Below, piece by piece: positions 25,201 to 38,709 of a stretch of DNA of 64,000 bases; positions within the stretch are counted from its first letter, which is position 1; each line of letters opens with the position of its first letter. Below the pieces are notes generated by a model. The model was given only the letters and a program-made list of their open reading frames with translations, was not told the DNA's origin and did not search any database. Origin of the DNA: the human T2T-CHM13v2.0 reference genome, Homo sapiens; NCBI RefSeq assembly GCF_009914755.1, contig NC_060929.1; one strand, written 5' to 3'. Position numbers and translations under genes: made by a program.

Positions 25201-28200
25201 TTTCATATAAGGCTAGACAGAAGAATTCCCAGTAACTTCCTTGTGTTGTGTACATTCAACTCACAGAGTTGAACGTTCCCTTAGACAGAGCAGATTTGAA
25301 ACACTCTTTTTGTGCAATTGGCAAGCGGAGATTTCAAGCGCTTTAAGGTCAATGGCAGAAAAGGAAATATCTTCGTTTCAAAACTAGACAGAATCATTCC
25401 CACAACCTGCGTTGTGATGTGTTCGTTCAACTCACAGAGTTTAACCTTTCTTTTCATAGAGCAGTTAGGAAACAGTCTGTTTGTAAATTCTGTAAGTGGA
25501 TATTCTGACATCTTGTGGCCTTCGTTGGAAACGCGATTTCTTCATATTCTGCTAGACAGAAGAATTCTCAGAATCTTCCTTGTGTTGTGTGTATTCAACT
25601 CACAGAGTTGAACGATCCTTTACACAGAGCAGACTTGAAACACTCTTTTTGTGGAATTTGCAAGTGGAGATTTCAGCCGCTTTGAGGTCCATGGTAGAAA
25701 AGGAAATATCTTCGTATAAAAACTAGACAGAATGATTCTCAGAAACTTCTTTGTGATGTGTGCGTTCAACTCACAGAGTTTAACCTTTCTTTTCATAGAG
25801 CAGTTAGGAAACACTCTGTTTGTAAACTCTGCAAGTGGATATTCAGACCTCTTTGAGGCCTTCTTTGGAAACGGGATTTCTTCATACTGTGCTAGACAGA
25901 AGAATTCTCAGTAACTTCCTTGTGTTGTGTGTATTCATCTCACAGAGTTGAACGATCCTTTACACAGAGCGGACTTGAAACACTCTTTTGATGGAATTTG
26001 CAAGTGGAGATTTCAGCCGCGTTGAGGTCAATGGTAGAAAAGGAAATATCTTCGTATAAAAACTAGACAGAATGATTCTCAGAAACTCCTTTGTGATGTG
26101 TGTGTTCAACTCACAGAGTTTAACCTTTCTTTTCATAGAGCAGTTAGGAAACACTCTGTTTGTAAAGTCTGCAAGTGGATAATCAGACTTCTTTGAGGCA
26201 TTCGTTGGAAACGGGTTTTTTTCATATAAGGCTAGACAGAAGAATTCCCAGTAACTTCCTTGTGTTGTGTGTGTTCAACTCACAGAGTTGAACTTTCATT
26301 TACACAGAGCAGATTTGAAACACTCTTTTTGTGGAAATTGCAAATGGAGATTTCAAGCGCTTTGAGGCCAAAGGCAGAAAAGGAAATATCTTCGTATAAA
26401 AACTAGACAGAATCATTCTCAGAAACTGCTCTGCGATGTGTGCGTTCAACTCTCAGAGTTTGACTTTTCTTTTCATTCAGCAGTTTGGAAACACTCTGTT
26501 TGTAAAGTCTGCACGTGGAAAATTTGACCACTTAGAGGCCTTCATTGGAAACGGGTTTTTTTCATGTAAGGCTAGACAGAAGAATTCTCAGTAACTTCCT
26601 TGTGTTGTGTGTATTGAACTCACAGAGTTGAACGATCCTTTACACAGAGCAGACTTGTAACACTCTTTTTGTGGAATTTGCAAGTGGAGATTTCAGCCAC
26701 TTTGAAGTCAAAGGTAGAAAAGGAAATATCTTCCTATAAAAACTAGACAGAATGATTCTCAGAAACTCCTTTGTGATGTGTGCGTTCAACTCACAGAGTT
26801 TAACCTTTCTTTTCATAGAGCAGTTAGGAAACACTCTGTTTGTAAAGTCTGCAAGTGGATATTCAGACCTCTTTGAGGCCTTCGTTGGAAACGGGATTTT
26901 TTCATATAAGGCTAGACAGAAGAATTCCCAGTAACTTCCTTGTGTTGTGTGTGTTCAACTCACAGAGTTGAACTTTCGTTTACACAGAGCAGATTTGAAA
27001 CACTCTTTTTGTGGAATTTGCAAGTGGAGATTTCAAGCGCTTTGAGGCCAAAGGCAGAAAAGGAAATATCTTCGTATAAAAACTAGACAGAATCATTCTC
27101 AGAAACTGCTCTGCGATGTGTGTGTTCACCTCTCAGAGTTTAACTTTTCTTTTCCTTCAGCAGTTTGGAAACACTCTGTTTGTAAAGTCTGCACGTGGAT
27201 AATTTGACCACTTAGAGGCCTTCGTTGGAAACGGGTTTTTTTCATGTAAGGCTAGACAGAAGAATTCTCAGTAACTTCCTTGTGTTGTGTGTATTCAACT
27301 CACAGAGTTGAGCGATCCTTTACACAGAGTAGATTTGAAACACTCTTTTTGTGGAATTTGAAAGTGGAGATTTCAGCCGCTTTGAGGTCAATGGTAGAAA
27401 AGGAAATATCTTCGTATAAAAACTAGACAGAATGATTCTCAGAAACTTCTTTGTGATGTGTGCGTTCAACTCACAGAGTTTAACCTTTCTTTTCATAGAG
27501 CAGTTAGGAAACACTCTGTTTGCAAACTCTGCAAGTGGATATTCAGAACTCTTTGAGGCCTTCGTTGGAAACGGGATTTCTTCATACTGTGCTAGACAGA
27601 AGAATTCTCAGTAACTTCCTTGTGCTGTGTGTATTCAACTCACAGAGTTGAACGATCCTTTACACAGAGTGGACTTGAAACACTCTTTTTGTGGAATTTG
27701 CAAGTGGAGATTTCAGCCGCGTTGAGGTCAATGGTAGAAAAGGAAATATCTTCGTATAAAAACTAGACAGAATGATTCTCAGAAACTCCTTTGTGATGTG
27801 TGTGTTCAACTCACAGAGTTTAACCTTTCTTTTCATAGAGCAGTTAGGAAACACTCTGTTTGTAAAGTCTGCAAGTGGATATTCAGACCTCTTTGAGGCC
27901 TTCGTTGGAAACGGGTTTTTTTCATATAAGGTTAGACAGAAGAATTCCCAGTAACTTCTTTGTGTTGTGTGTGTTCAACTCACAGAGATGAACTCTCATT
28001 TACACAGAGCAGATTTGAAACTCTCTTTTTGTGGAATTTGCAAATGGAGATTTCAAGCGCTTTGAGGCAAAAGGCAGAAAAGGAAATATCTTCGTATAAA
28101 AACTAGGCAGAATCATTCTCAGAAACTGCTCTGCGATGTGTGCGTTCAACTCTCAGAGTTTAACTTTTCTTTTCATTCAGCAGTTTGGAAACACTCTGTT

Positions 28201-31200
28201 TGTAAAGTCTGCACGTGGATAATTTGACCACTTAGAGGCCTTCGTTGGAAACAGGTTTTTTTCATGTAAGGCTAGACAGAAGAATTCTCAGTAACTTCCT
28301 TGTGTTGTGTGTATTCAACTCACACAGTTGAACGATCCTTTACACAGAGCAGACTTGTAACACTCTTTTTGTGGAATTTGCAAGTGGAGATTTCAGCCGC
28401 TTTGAAGTCAAATGTAGAAAAGGAAATATCTTCCTATAAAAACTAGACAGAATGATTCTCAGAAACTCCTTTGTGATGTGTGTGTTCAACTCACAGAGTT
28501 TAACCTTTCTTTTCATAGAGCAGTTAGGAAACACTCTGTTTGTAAAGTCTGCAAGTGGATATTCAGACCTCTTTGAGGCCTTCGTTGGAAACGGGTTTTT
28601 TTCATATAAGGCTAGACAGAAGAATTCCCAGTAACTTCCTTGTGTTGTGTGTGTTCAACTCACAGAGTTGAACTTTCATTTACACAGAGCAGATTTGAAA
28701 CACTCTTTTTGTGGAATTTGCAAGTGGAGATTTCAAGCGCTTTGAGGCCAAAGGCAGAAAAGGAAATATCTTCGTATAAAAACTAGACAGAATCATTCTC
28801 AGACACTGCTCTGCGATGTGTGCGTTCAACTCTCAGAGTTTAACTTTTCTTTTCATTCAGCAGTTTGGAAACACTCTGTTTGTAAAGTCTGCACGTGGAT
28901 ATTTTGACCACTTAGAGGCCTTCGTTGGAAACGGGTTTTTTTCCTGTAAGGCTAGACAGAAGAATTCCCAGTAACTTCCTTGTGTTGTGTACATTCAACT
29001 CACAGAGTTGAACGTTCCCTTAGACAGAGCAGATTTGAAACACTCTTTTTGTGCAATTGGCAAGTGGAGATTTCAAGCGCTTTGAGGTCAATGGCAGAAA
29101 AGGAAATATCTTCGTTTCAAAACTACACAGAATCATTCCCACAAACTGCGTTGTGATGTGTTCGTTCAACTAACAGAGTTTAACCTTTCTTTTCATAGAG
29201 CAGTTAGGAAACAGTCTGTTTGTAAATTCTGTAAGTGGATATTCTGACATCTTGTGGCCTTCGTTGGAAACGGGATTTCTTCATATTCTGCTAGACAGAA
29301 GAATTCTCAGAATCTTCCTTGTGTTGTGTGTATTCAACTCACAGAGTTGAACGATGGTTTACACAGAGCAGATTTGAAACACTCTTTTTGTGGAATTTGC
29401 AAGTGGAGATTTCAGCCGCTTTGAGGTCACTGGTAGAAAAGGAAATATCTTCGTATAAAAACTAGACAGAATGATTCTCAGAAACTTCTTTGTGATGTGT
29501 GCGTTCAACTCACAGAGTTTAACCTTTCTTTTCATAGAGCAGTTAGGAAACACTGTGTTTTTAAACTGTGCAAGTGGATATTCAGACCTCTTTGAGGCCT
29601 TCGTTGGAAACGGGATTTCTTCATACTGTGCTAGACAGAAGAATTCTCAGTAACTTCCTTGTGTTGTGTGTATTCAACTCACAGAGTTGAACGATCCTTT
29701 ACACAGAGCAGACTTGAAACACCCTTTTTGTGGAATTTGCAAGTGGAGATTTCAGCCGCGTTGAGGTCAATGGTAGAAAAGGAAATATCTTCGTATAAAA
29801 ACTGGACAGAATGATTCTCAGAAACTCCTTTGTGATGTGTGTGTTCAACTCACAGAGTTTAACCTTTCTTTTCATAGAGCAGTTAGGAAACACTCTGTTT
29901 GTAAAGTCTGCAAGTGGATATTCAGACCTCTTTGAGGCCTTCGTTGGAAACGGGATTTTTTCATATAAGGCTAGACAGAAGAATTCCCAGTAACTTCCTT
30001 GTGTTGTGTGTGTTCAACTCACACAGTTGAACTTTCATTTACACAGAGCAGATTTGAAACACTCTTTTTGTGGAATTTGAAAATGGAGATTTCAAGCGCT
30101 TTGAGGCCAAAGGCAGAAAAGGAAATATGTTCGTATAAAAACTAGACAGAATCATTCTCAGAAACTGCTCTGCGATGTGTGCGTTCAACTCTCAGAGTTT
30201 AACTTTTCTTTTCATTCAGCAGTTTGGAAACACTCTGTTTGTAAGGTCTGCAAGTGGATATTCAGACCTCTTTGTGGCCTTCTTTGGAAACGGGTTTTTT
30301 TCATATAAGGCTAGACAGAAGAATTCCCAATAACTTCCTTGTGTTGTGTACATTCAACTCACAGAGTTGAACGTTCCCTTAGACAGAGCAGATTTGAAAC
30401 ACTCTTTTTGTGCAATTGGCAAGCGGAGATTTCAAGCGCTTTAAGGTCAATGGCAGAAAAGGAAATATCTTCGTTTCAAAACTAGACAGAATCATTCCCA
30501 CAAACTGCGTTGTGATGTGTTCGTTCAACTCACAGAGTTTAACCTTTCTTTTCATAGAGCAGTTAGGAAACAGTCTGTTTGTAAATTCTGTAAGTGGATA
30601 TTCTGACATCTTGTGGCCTTCGTTGGAAACGCGATTTCTTCATATTCTGCTAGACAGAAGAATTCTCAGAATCTTCCTTGTGTTGTGTGTATTCAACTCA
30701 AAGAGTTGAACGATCCTTTACACAGAGCAGACTTGAAACTCTCTTTTTGTGGAATTTGCAAGTGGAGATTTCAGCCGCTTTGAGGTCCATGGTAGAAAAG
30801 GAAATATCTTCGTATAAAAACTAGACAGAATGATTCTCAGAAACTTCTTTGTGATGTGTGCGTTCAACTCACAGAGTTTAACCTTTCTTTTCATAGAGCA
30901 GTTAGGAAACACTCTGTTTGTAAACTCTGCAAGTGGATATTCAGACCTCTTTGAGGCCTTCGTTGGAAACGGGATTTCTTCATACTGTACTAGACAGAAG
31001 AATTGTCAGTAACTTCCTTGTGTTGTGTGTATTCATCTCACAGAGTTGAACGATCCTTTACACAGAGCGGACTTGAAACACTCTTTTGATGGAATTTGCA
31101 AGTGGAGATTTCAGCCACGTTGAGGTCAATGGTAGAAAAGGAAATATCTTCGTATAAAAACTAGACAGAATGATTCTCAGAAACTCCTTTGTGATGTGTG

Positions 31201-34200
31201 TGTTCAACTCACAGAGTTTAACCTTTCTTTTCATAGAGCAGTTAGGAAACACTCTGTTTGTAAAGTCTGCAAGTGGATAATCAGACCTCTTTGAGGCCTT
31301 CGTTGGAAACGGGTTTTTTTCATATAAGGCTAGACAGAAGAATTCCCAGTAACTTCCTTGTGTTGTGTGAGTTCAACTCACAGAGTTGAACTTTCATTTA
31401 CACAGAGCAGATTTGAAACACTCTTTTTGTGGAATTTGCAAGTGGAGATTTCAAGCGCTTTGACGCCAAAGGCAGAAAAGGAAATATCTTCGTATAAAAA
31501 TTAGACAGAATCATTCTCAGAAACTGCTCTGCGATGTGTGCGTTCAACTCTCAGAGTTTAACTTTTCTTTTCATTCAGCAGTTTGGAAACACTCTGTTTG
31601 TAAAGTCTGCACGTGGATATTTTGACCACTTAGAGGCCTTCGTTGGAAACGGGTTTTTTTCCTGTAAGGCTAGACAGAAGAATTCCCAGTAACTTCCTTG
31701 TGTTGTGTACATTCAACTCACAGAGTTGAACGTTCCCTTAGACAGAGCAGATTTGAAACACTCTTTTTGTGCAATTGGCAAGTGGAGATTTCAAGCGCTT
31801 TGAGGTCAATGGCAGAAAAGGAAATATCTTCGTTTCAAACTAGACAGAATCATTCCCACAAACTGCGTTGTCATGTGTTCGTTCAACTCACAGAGTTTAA
31901 CCTTTCTTTTCATAGAGCAGTTAGGAAACAGTCTGTTTGTAAATTCTGTAAGTGGATATTCTGACATCTTGTGGCCTTCGTTGGTAACGGGATTTCTTCA
32001 TATTCTGCTAGACAGAAGAATTCTCAGAATCTTCCTTGTGTTGTGTGTATTCAACTCACAGAGTTGAACGATGGTTTACACAGAGCAGATTTGAAACACT
32101 CTTTTGGTGGAATTTGCAAGTGGAGATTTCAGCCGCCTTGACGTCAATGGTAGAAAAGGAAATATCTTCGTATAAAAACTAGACAGAATGATTCTCAGAA
32201 ACTTCTTTGTGATGTGTGCGTTCAACTCACAGAGTTTAACCTTTCTTTTCATAGAACAGTTAGGAAACACTCTGTTTGTAAACACTGCAAGTGGATATTC
32301 AGACCTCTTTGAGGCCTTCGTTGGAAACGGGATTTCTTCATACTATGCTAGACAGAAGAATTCTCAGTAACTTCCTTGTGTTGTGTGTATTCAACTCACA
32401 GAGTTGAACGATCCTTTACACAGAGCAGACTTGAAACACTCTTTTTGTGGAATTTGCAACTGGAGATTTCAGCCGCGTTGAGGTCAATGGTAGAAAAGGA
32501 AATATCTTCGTATAAAAACTGGACAGAATGATTCTCAGAAACTCCTTTGTGATGTGTGTGTTCAACTCACAGAGTTTAACCTTTCTTTTCATAGAGCAGT
32601 TAGGAAACACTCTGTTTGTAAAGTCTGCAAGTGGATATTCAGACCTCTTTGAGGCCTTCGTTGGAAACGGGTTTTTTTCATATAAGGCTAGACAGAAGAA
32701 TTCCCAGTAACTTCCTTGTGTTGTGTGTGTTCAACTCACAGAGTTGAACTTTCATTTACACAGAGCAGATTTGAAACACTCTTTTTGTGGAATTTGCAAG
32801 TGGAGATTTCAAGCGCTTTGAGGCCAAAGGCAGAAAAGGAAATATCTTCGTATAAAAACTAGACAGAATCATTCTCAGAAAGTGCTCTGCGATGTGTGCG
32901 TTCAACTCTCAGAGTTTAACTTTTCTTTTCATTCAGCAGTTTGGAAACACTCTGTTTGTAAAGTCTGCACGTGGATAATTTGACCACTTAGAGGCCTTCG
33001 TTGGAAACGGGTTTTTTTCATGTAAGGCTAGACAGAAGAATTCTCAGTAACTTCCTTGTGTTGTGTGTATTCAACTCACAGAGTTGAACGATCCTTTACA
33101 CAGAGCAGACTTGTAACACTCTTTTTGTGGAATTTGCAAGTGGAGATTTCAGCCGCTTTGAAGTCAAAGGTAGAAAAGGAAATATCTTCCTATAAAAACT
33201 AGACAGAATGATTCTCAGAAACTCCTTTGTGATGTGTGCGTTCAACTCACAGAGTTTAACCTTTCTTTTCATAGAGCAGTTAGGAAACACTCTGTTTGTA
33301 AAGTCTGCAAGTGGATATTCAGACCTCTTTGAGGCCTTCGTTGGAAACGGGTTTTTTTCATATAAGGCTAGACAGAAGAATTCCCAGTAACTTCCTTTTG
33401 TTGTGTGTGTTCAACTCACAGAGTTGAACTTTCACTTACACAGAGCAGATTTAAAACACTCTTTTTGTGGAATTTGCAAGTGGAGATTTCAAGCGCTTTG
33501 AGGCCAAAGGCAGAAAAGGAAATATCTTCGTATAAAAACTAGACAGAATCATTCTCAGAAACTGCTCTGCGATGTGTGCGTTCAACTCTCAGAGTTTAAC
33601 TTTTCTTTTCATTCAGCAGTTTGGAAACACTCTGTTTGTAAAGTCTGCACGTGGATATTTTGACCACTTAGAGGCCTTCGTTGGAAACGGGTTTTTTTCC
33701 TGTAAGGCTAGACAGAAGAATTCCCAGTAACTTCCTTGTGTTGTGTACATTCAACTCACAGAGTTGAACGTTCCCTTAGACAGAGCAGATTTGAAACACT
33801 CTTTTTGTGCAATTGGCAAGTGGAGATTTCAAGCGCTTTGAGGTCAATGGCAGAAAAGGAAATATCTTCGTTTCAAAACTAGACAGAATCATTCCCACAA
33901 ACTGCGTTGTGATGTGTTCGCTCAACTCACAGAGTTTAACCTTTCTTTTCATAGAGCAGTTAGGAAACAGTCTGTTTGTAAATTCTGTAAGTGGATATTC
34001 TGACATCTTGTGGCCTTCGTTGGAAACGGGATTTCTTCATATTCTGCTAGACAGAAGAATTCTCAGAATCTTCCTTGTGTTGTGTGTATTCAACTCACAG
34101 AGTTGAACGATGGTTTACACAGAGCAGATTTGAAACACTCTTTTTGTGGAATTTTCAAGTGGAGATTTCAGCCGCTTTGAGGTCAATGGTAGAAAAGGAA

Positions 34201-35120
34201 ATATCTTCGTATAAAAACTAGACAGAATGATTCTCAGAAACTTCTTTGTGATGTATGCGTTCAACTCACAGAGTTTAACCTTTCTTTTCATAGAGCAGTT
34301 AGGAAACACTGTGTTTTTAAACTGTGCAAGTGGATATTCAGACCTCTTTGAGGCCTTCGTTGGAAACGGGATTTCTTCATACTGTGCTAGACAGAAGAAT
34401 TCTCAGTAACTTCCTTGTTTTGTGTGTATTCAACTCACAGAGTTGAACGATCCTTTACACAGAGCAGACTTGAATCACTCTTTTTGTGGAATTTGCAAGT
34501 GGAGATTTCAGCCGCGTTGAGGTCAATGGTAGAAAAGGAAATATCTTCGTATAAAAACTAGACAGAATGATTCTCAGAAACTCCTTTGTGATGTGTGTGT
34601 TCAACTCACAGAGTTTAACATTTCTTTTCATAGAGCAGTTAGGAAACACTCTGTTTGTAAAGTTTGCAAGTGGATATTCAGACCTCTTTGAGGCCTTCGT
34701 TGGAAACGGGTTTTTTTCATATAAGGCTAGACAGAAGAATTCCCAGTAACTTCCTTGTGTTGTGTGTGTTCAACTCACAGAGTTGAACTTTCATTTACAC
34801 AGAGCAGATTTGAAACTCTCTTTTTGTGGAATTTACAAATGGAGATTTCAAGCGCTTTGAGGCCAAAGGCAGAAAAGGAAATATCTTCGTATAAAAACTA
34901 GACAGAATCATTCTCAGAAACTGCTCTGCGATGTGTGCGTTCAACTCTCAGAGTTTAACTTTTCTTTTCATTCAGCAGTTTGGAAACACTCTGTTTGTAA
35001 AGTCTGCACGTGCATAATTTGACCACTTAGAGGCCTTCGTTGGAAACAGGTTTTTTTCATGTAAGGCTAGACAGAAGAATTCTCAGTAACTTCCTTGTGT
35101 TGTGTGTATTCAACTCACAC

Positions 35121-38100
35121 AGTTGAACGATCCTTTACACAGAGCAGACTTGTAACACTCTTTTTGTGGAATTTGCAAGTGGAGATTTCAGCCGCTTTGA
35201 AGTCAAAGGTAGAAAAGGAAATATCTTCCTATAAAAACTAGACAGAATGATTCTCAGAAACTCCTTTGTGATGTGTGCGTTCAACTCACAGAGTTTAACC
35301 TTTCTTTTCATTCACCAGTTTGGAAACACTCTGTTTGTAAAGTCTGCACGTGGATATTTTGACCACTTAGAGGCCTTCGTTGGAAACGGGTTTTTTTCCT
35401 GTAAGGCTAGACAGAAGAATTCCCAGTAACTTCCTTGTGTTGTGTACATTCAACTCACAGAGTAGAACGTTCCCTTAGACAGAGCAGATTTGAAACACTC
35501 TTTTTGTGCAATTGGCAAGTGGAGATTTCAAGCGCTTTGAGGTCAATGGCAGAAAAGGAAATATCTTCGTTTCAAAACTAGACAGAATCATTCCCACAAA
35601 CTGCGTTGTGATGTGTTCGTTCAACTCACAGAGTTTAACCTTTCTTTTCATAGAGCAGTTAGGAAACAGTCTGTTTGTAAATTCTGTAAGTGGATATTCT
35701 GACATCTTGTGGCCTTCGTTGGAAACGGGATTTCTTCATATTCTGCTAGACAGAAGAATTCTCAGAATCTTCCTTGTGTTGTGTGTATTCAACTCACAGA
35801 GTTGAACGATGGTTTACACAGAGCAGATTTGAAACACTCTTTTGGTGGAATTTGCAAGTGGAGATTTCAGCCGCTTTGAGGTCAATGGTAGAAAAGGAAA
35901 TATCTTCGTATAAAAACTAGACAGAATGATTCTCAGAAACTTCTTTGTGATGTGTGCGTTCAACTCATAGAGTTTAACCTTTCTTTTCATAGAGCAGTTA
36001 GGAAACACTCGGTTTGTAAACTCTGCAAGTGGATATTCAGACCTCTTTGAGGCCTTCGTTGGAAACGGGATTTCTTCATACTGTGCTAGACAGAAGAATT
36101 CTCAGTAACTTCCTTGTGTTGTGTGTATTCAACTCACAGAGTTGAACGATCCTTTACACAGAGCGGACTTGAAACACTCTTTTTGTGAAATTTGCAAGTG
36201 GAGATTTCAGCCGCGTTGAGGTCAATGGTAGAAAAGGAAATATCTTCGTATAAAAACTAGACAGAATGATTCTCAGAAACTCCTTTGTGATGTGTGTGTT
36301 CAACTCACAGAGTTTAACCTTTCTTTTCATAGAGCAGTTAGGAAACACTCTGTTTGTAAAGTCTGCAAGTGGATATTCAGACCTCTTTGAGGCCTTCGTT
36401 GGAAACGGGTTTTTTTCATATAAGGCTAGACAGAAGAATTCCCAGTAACTTCCTTGTGTTGTGTGTGTTCAACTCACAGAGTTGAACTTTCATTTACACA
36501 GAGCAGATTTGAAACACTCTTTTTGTATAATTTGCAAATGGAGATTTCAAGCGCTTTGAGGCCAAAGGCAGAAAAGGAAATATCTTCTTATAAAAACTAG
36601 ACAGAATCATTCTCAGAAACTGCTCTGCGATGTGTGCGTTCAACTCTCAGAGTTTAACTTTTCTTTTCATTCAGCAGTTTGGAAACACTCTGTTTGTAAA
36701 GTCTGCACGTGGATAATTTGACCACTTAGAGGCCTTCGTTGGAAACGGGTTTTTTTCATGTAAGGCTAGACAGAAGAATTCTCAGTAACTTCCTTGTGTT
36801 GTGTGTATTCAACTCACAGAGTTGAACGATCCTTTACACAGAGCAGACTTGTAACACTCTTTTTGTGGAATTTGCAAGTGGAGATTTCAGCCGCTTTGAA
36901 GTCAAAGGTAGAAAAGGAAATATCTTCCTATAAAAACTAGACAGAATGATTCTCAGAAACTCCTTTGTGATGTGTGCGTTCAACTCACAGAGTTTAACCT
37001 TTCTTTTCATTCACCAGTTTGGAAACACTCTGTTTGTAAAGTCTGCACGTGGATATTTTGACCACTTAGAGGCCTTCGTTGGAAACGGGTTTTTTTCCTG
37101 TAAGGCTAGACAGAAGAATTCCCAGTAACTTCCTTGTGTTGTGTACATTCAACTCACAGAGTTGAACGTTCCCTTAGACAGAGCAGATTTGAAACACTCT
37201 TTTTGTGCAATTGGCAAGTGGAGATTTCAAGCGCTTTGAGGTCAATGGCAGAAAAGGAAATATCTTCGTTTCAAAACTAGACAGAATCATTCCCACAAAC
37301 TGCGTTGTGATGTGTTCGTTCAACTCACAGAGTTTAACCTTTCTTTTCATAGAGCAGTTAGGAAACAGTCTGTTTGTAAATTCTGTAAGTGGATATTCTG
37401 ACATCTTGTGGCCTTCGTTGGAAACGGGATTTCTTCATATTCTGCTAGACAGAAGAATTCTCAGAATCTTCCTTGTGTTGTGTGTATTCAACTCACAGAG
37501 TTGAACGATGGTTTACACAGAGCAGATTTGAAACACTCTTTTGGTGGAATTTGCAAGTGGAGATTTCAGCCGCTTTGAGGTCAATGGTAGAAAAGGAAAT
37601 ATCTTCGTATAAAAACTAGACAGAATGATTCTCAGAAACTTCTTTGTGATGTGTGCGTTCAACTCATAGAGTTTAACCTTTCTTTTCATAGAGCAGTTAG
37701 GAAACACTCGGTTTGTAAACTCTGCAAGTGGATATTCAGACCTCTTTGAGGCCTTCGTTGGAAACGGGATTTCTTCATACTGTGCTAGACAGAAGAATTC
37801 TCAGTAACTTCCTTGTGTTGTGTGTATTCAACTCACAGAGTTGAACGATCCTTTACACAGAGCGGACTTGAAACACTCTTTTTGTGAAATTTGCAAGTGG
37901 AGATTTCAGCCGCGTTGAGGTCAATGGTAGAAAAGGAAATATCTTCGTATAAAAACTAGACAGAATGATTCTCAGAAACTCCTTTGTGATGTGTGTGTTC
38001 AACTCACAGAGTTTAACCTTTCTTTTCATAGAGCAGTTAGGAAACACTCTGTTTGTAAAGTCTGCAAGTGGATATTCAGACCTCTTTGAGGCCTTCGTTG

Positions 38101-38709
38101 GAAACGGGTTTTTTTCATATAAGGCTAGACAGAAGAATTCCCAGTAACTTCCTTGTGTTGTGTGTGTTCAACTCACAGAGTTGAACTTTCATTTACACAG
38201 AGCAGATTTGAAACACTCTTTTTGTATAATTTGCAAATGGAGATTTCAAGCGCTTTGAGGCCAAAGGCAGAAAAGGAAATATCTTCTTATAAAAACTAGA
38301 CAGAATCATTCTCAGAAACTGCTCTGCGATGTGTGCGTTCAACTCTCAGAGTTTAACTTTTCTTTTCATTCAGCAGTTTGGAAACACTCTGTTTGTAAAG
38401 TCTGCACGTGGATAATTTGACCACTTAGAGGCCTTCGTTGGAAACGGGTTTTTTTCATGTAAGGCTAGACAGAAGAATTCTCAGTAACTTCCTTGTGTTG
38501 TGTGTATTCAACTCACAGAGTTGAACGATCCTTTACACAGAGCAGACTTGTAACACTCTTTTTGTGGAATTTGCAAGTGGAGATTTCAGCCGCTTTGAAG
38601 TCAAAGGTAGAAAAGGAAATATCTTCCTATAAAAACTAGACAGAATGATTCTCAGAAACTCCTTTGTGATGTGTGCGTTCAACTCACAGAGTTTAACCTT
38701 TCTTTTCAT
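35121..38709 (+). repeat. Near-perfect tandem duplication with 1,699-bp (10-mer) period
   Basis: Private variants repeat at +1699: CATTCACCAG, CAACTCATAG (35961/37660), AAACACTCGG, TGTGAAATTT, TGTATAATTT and CTTCTTATA. Confidence 0.9.
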
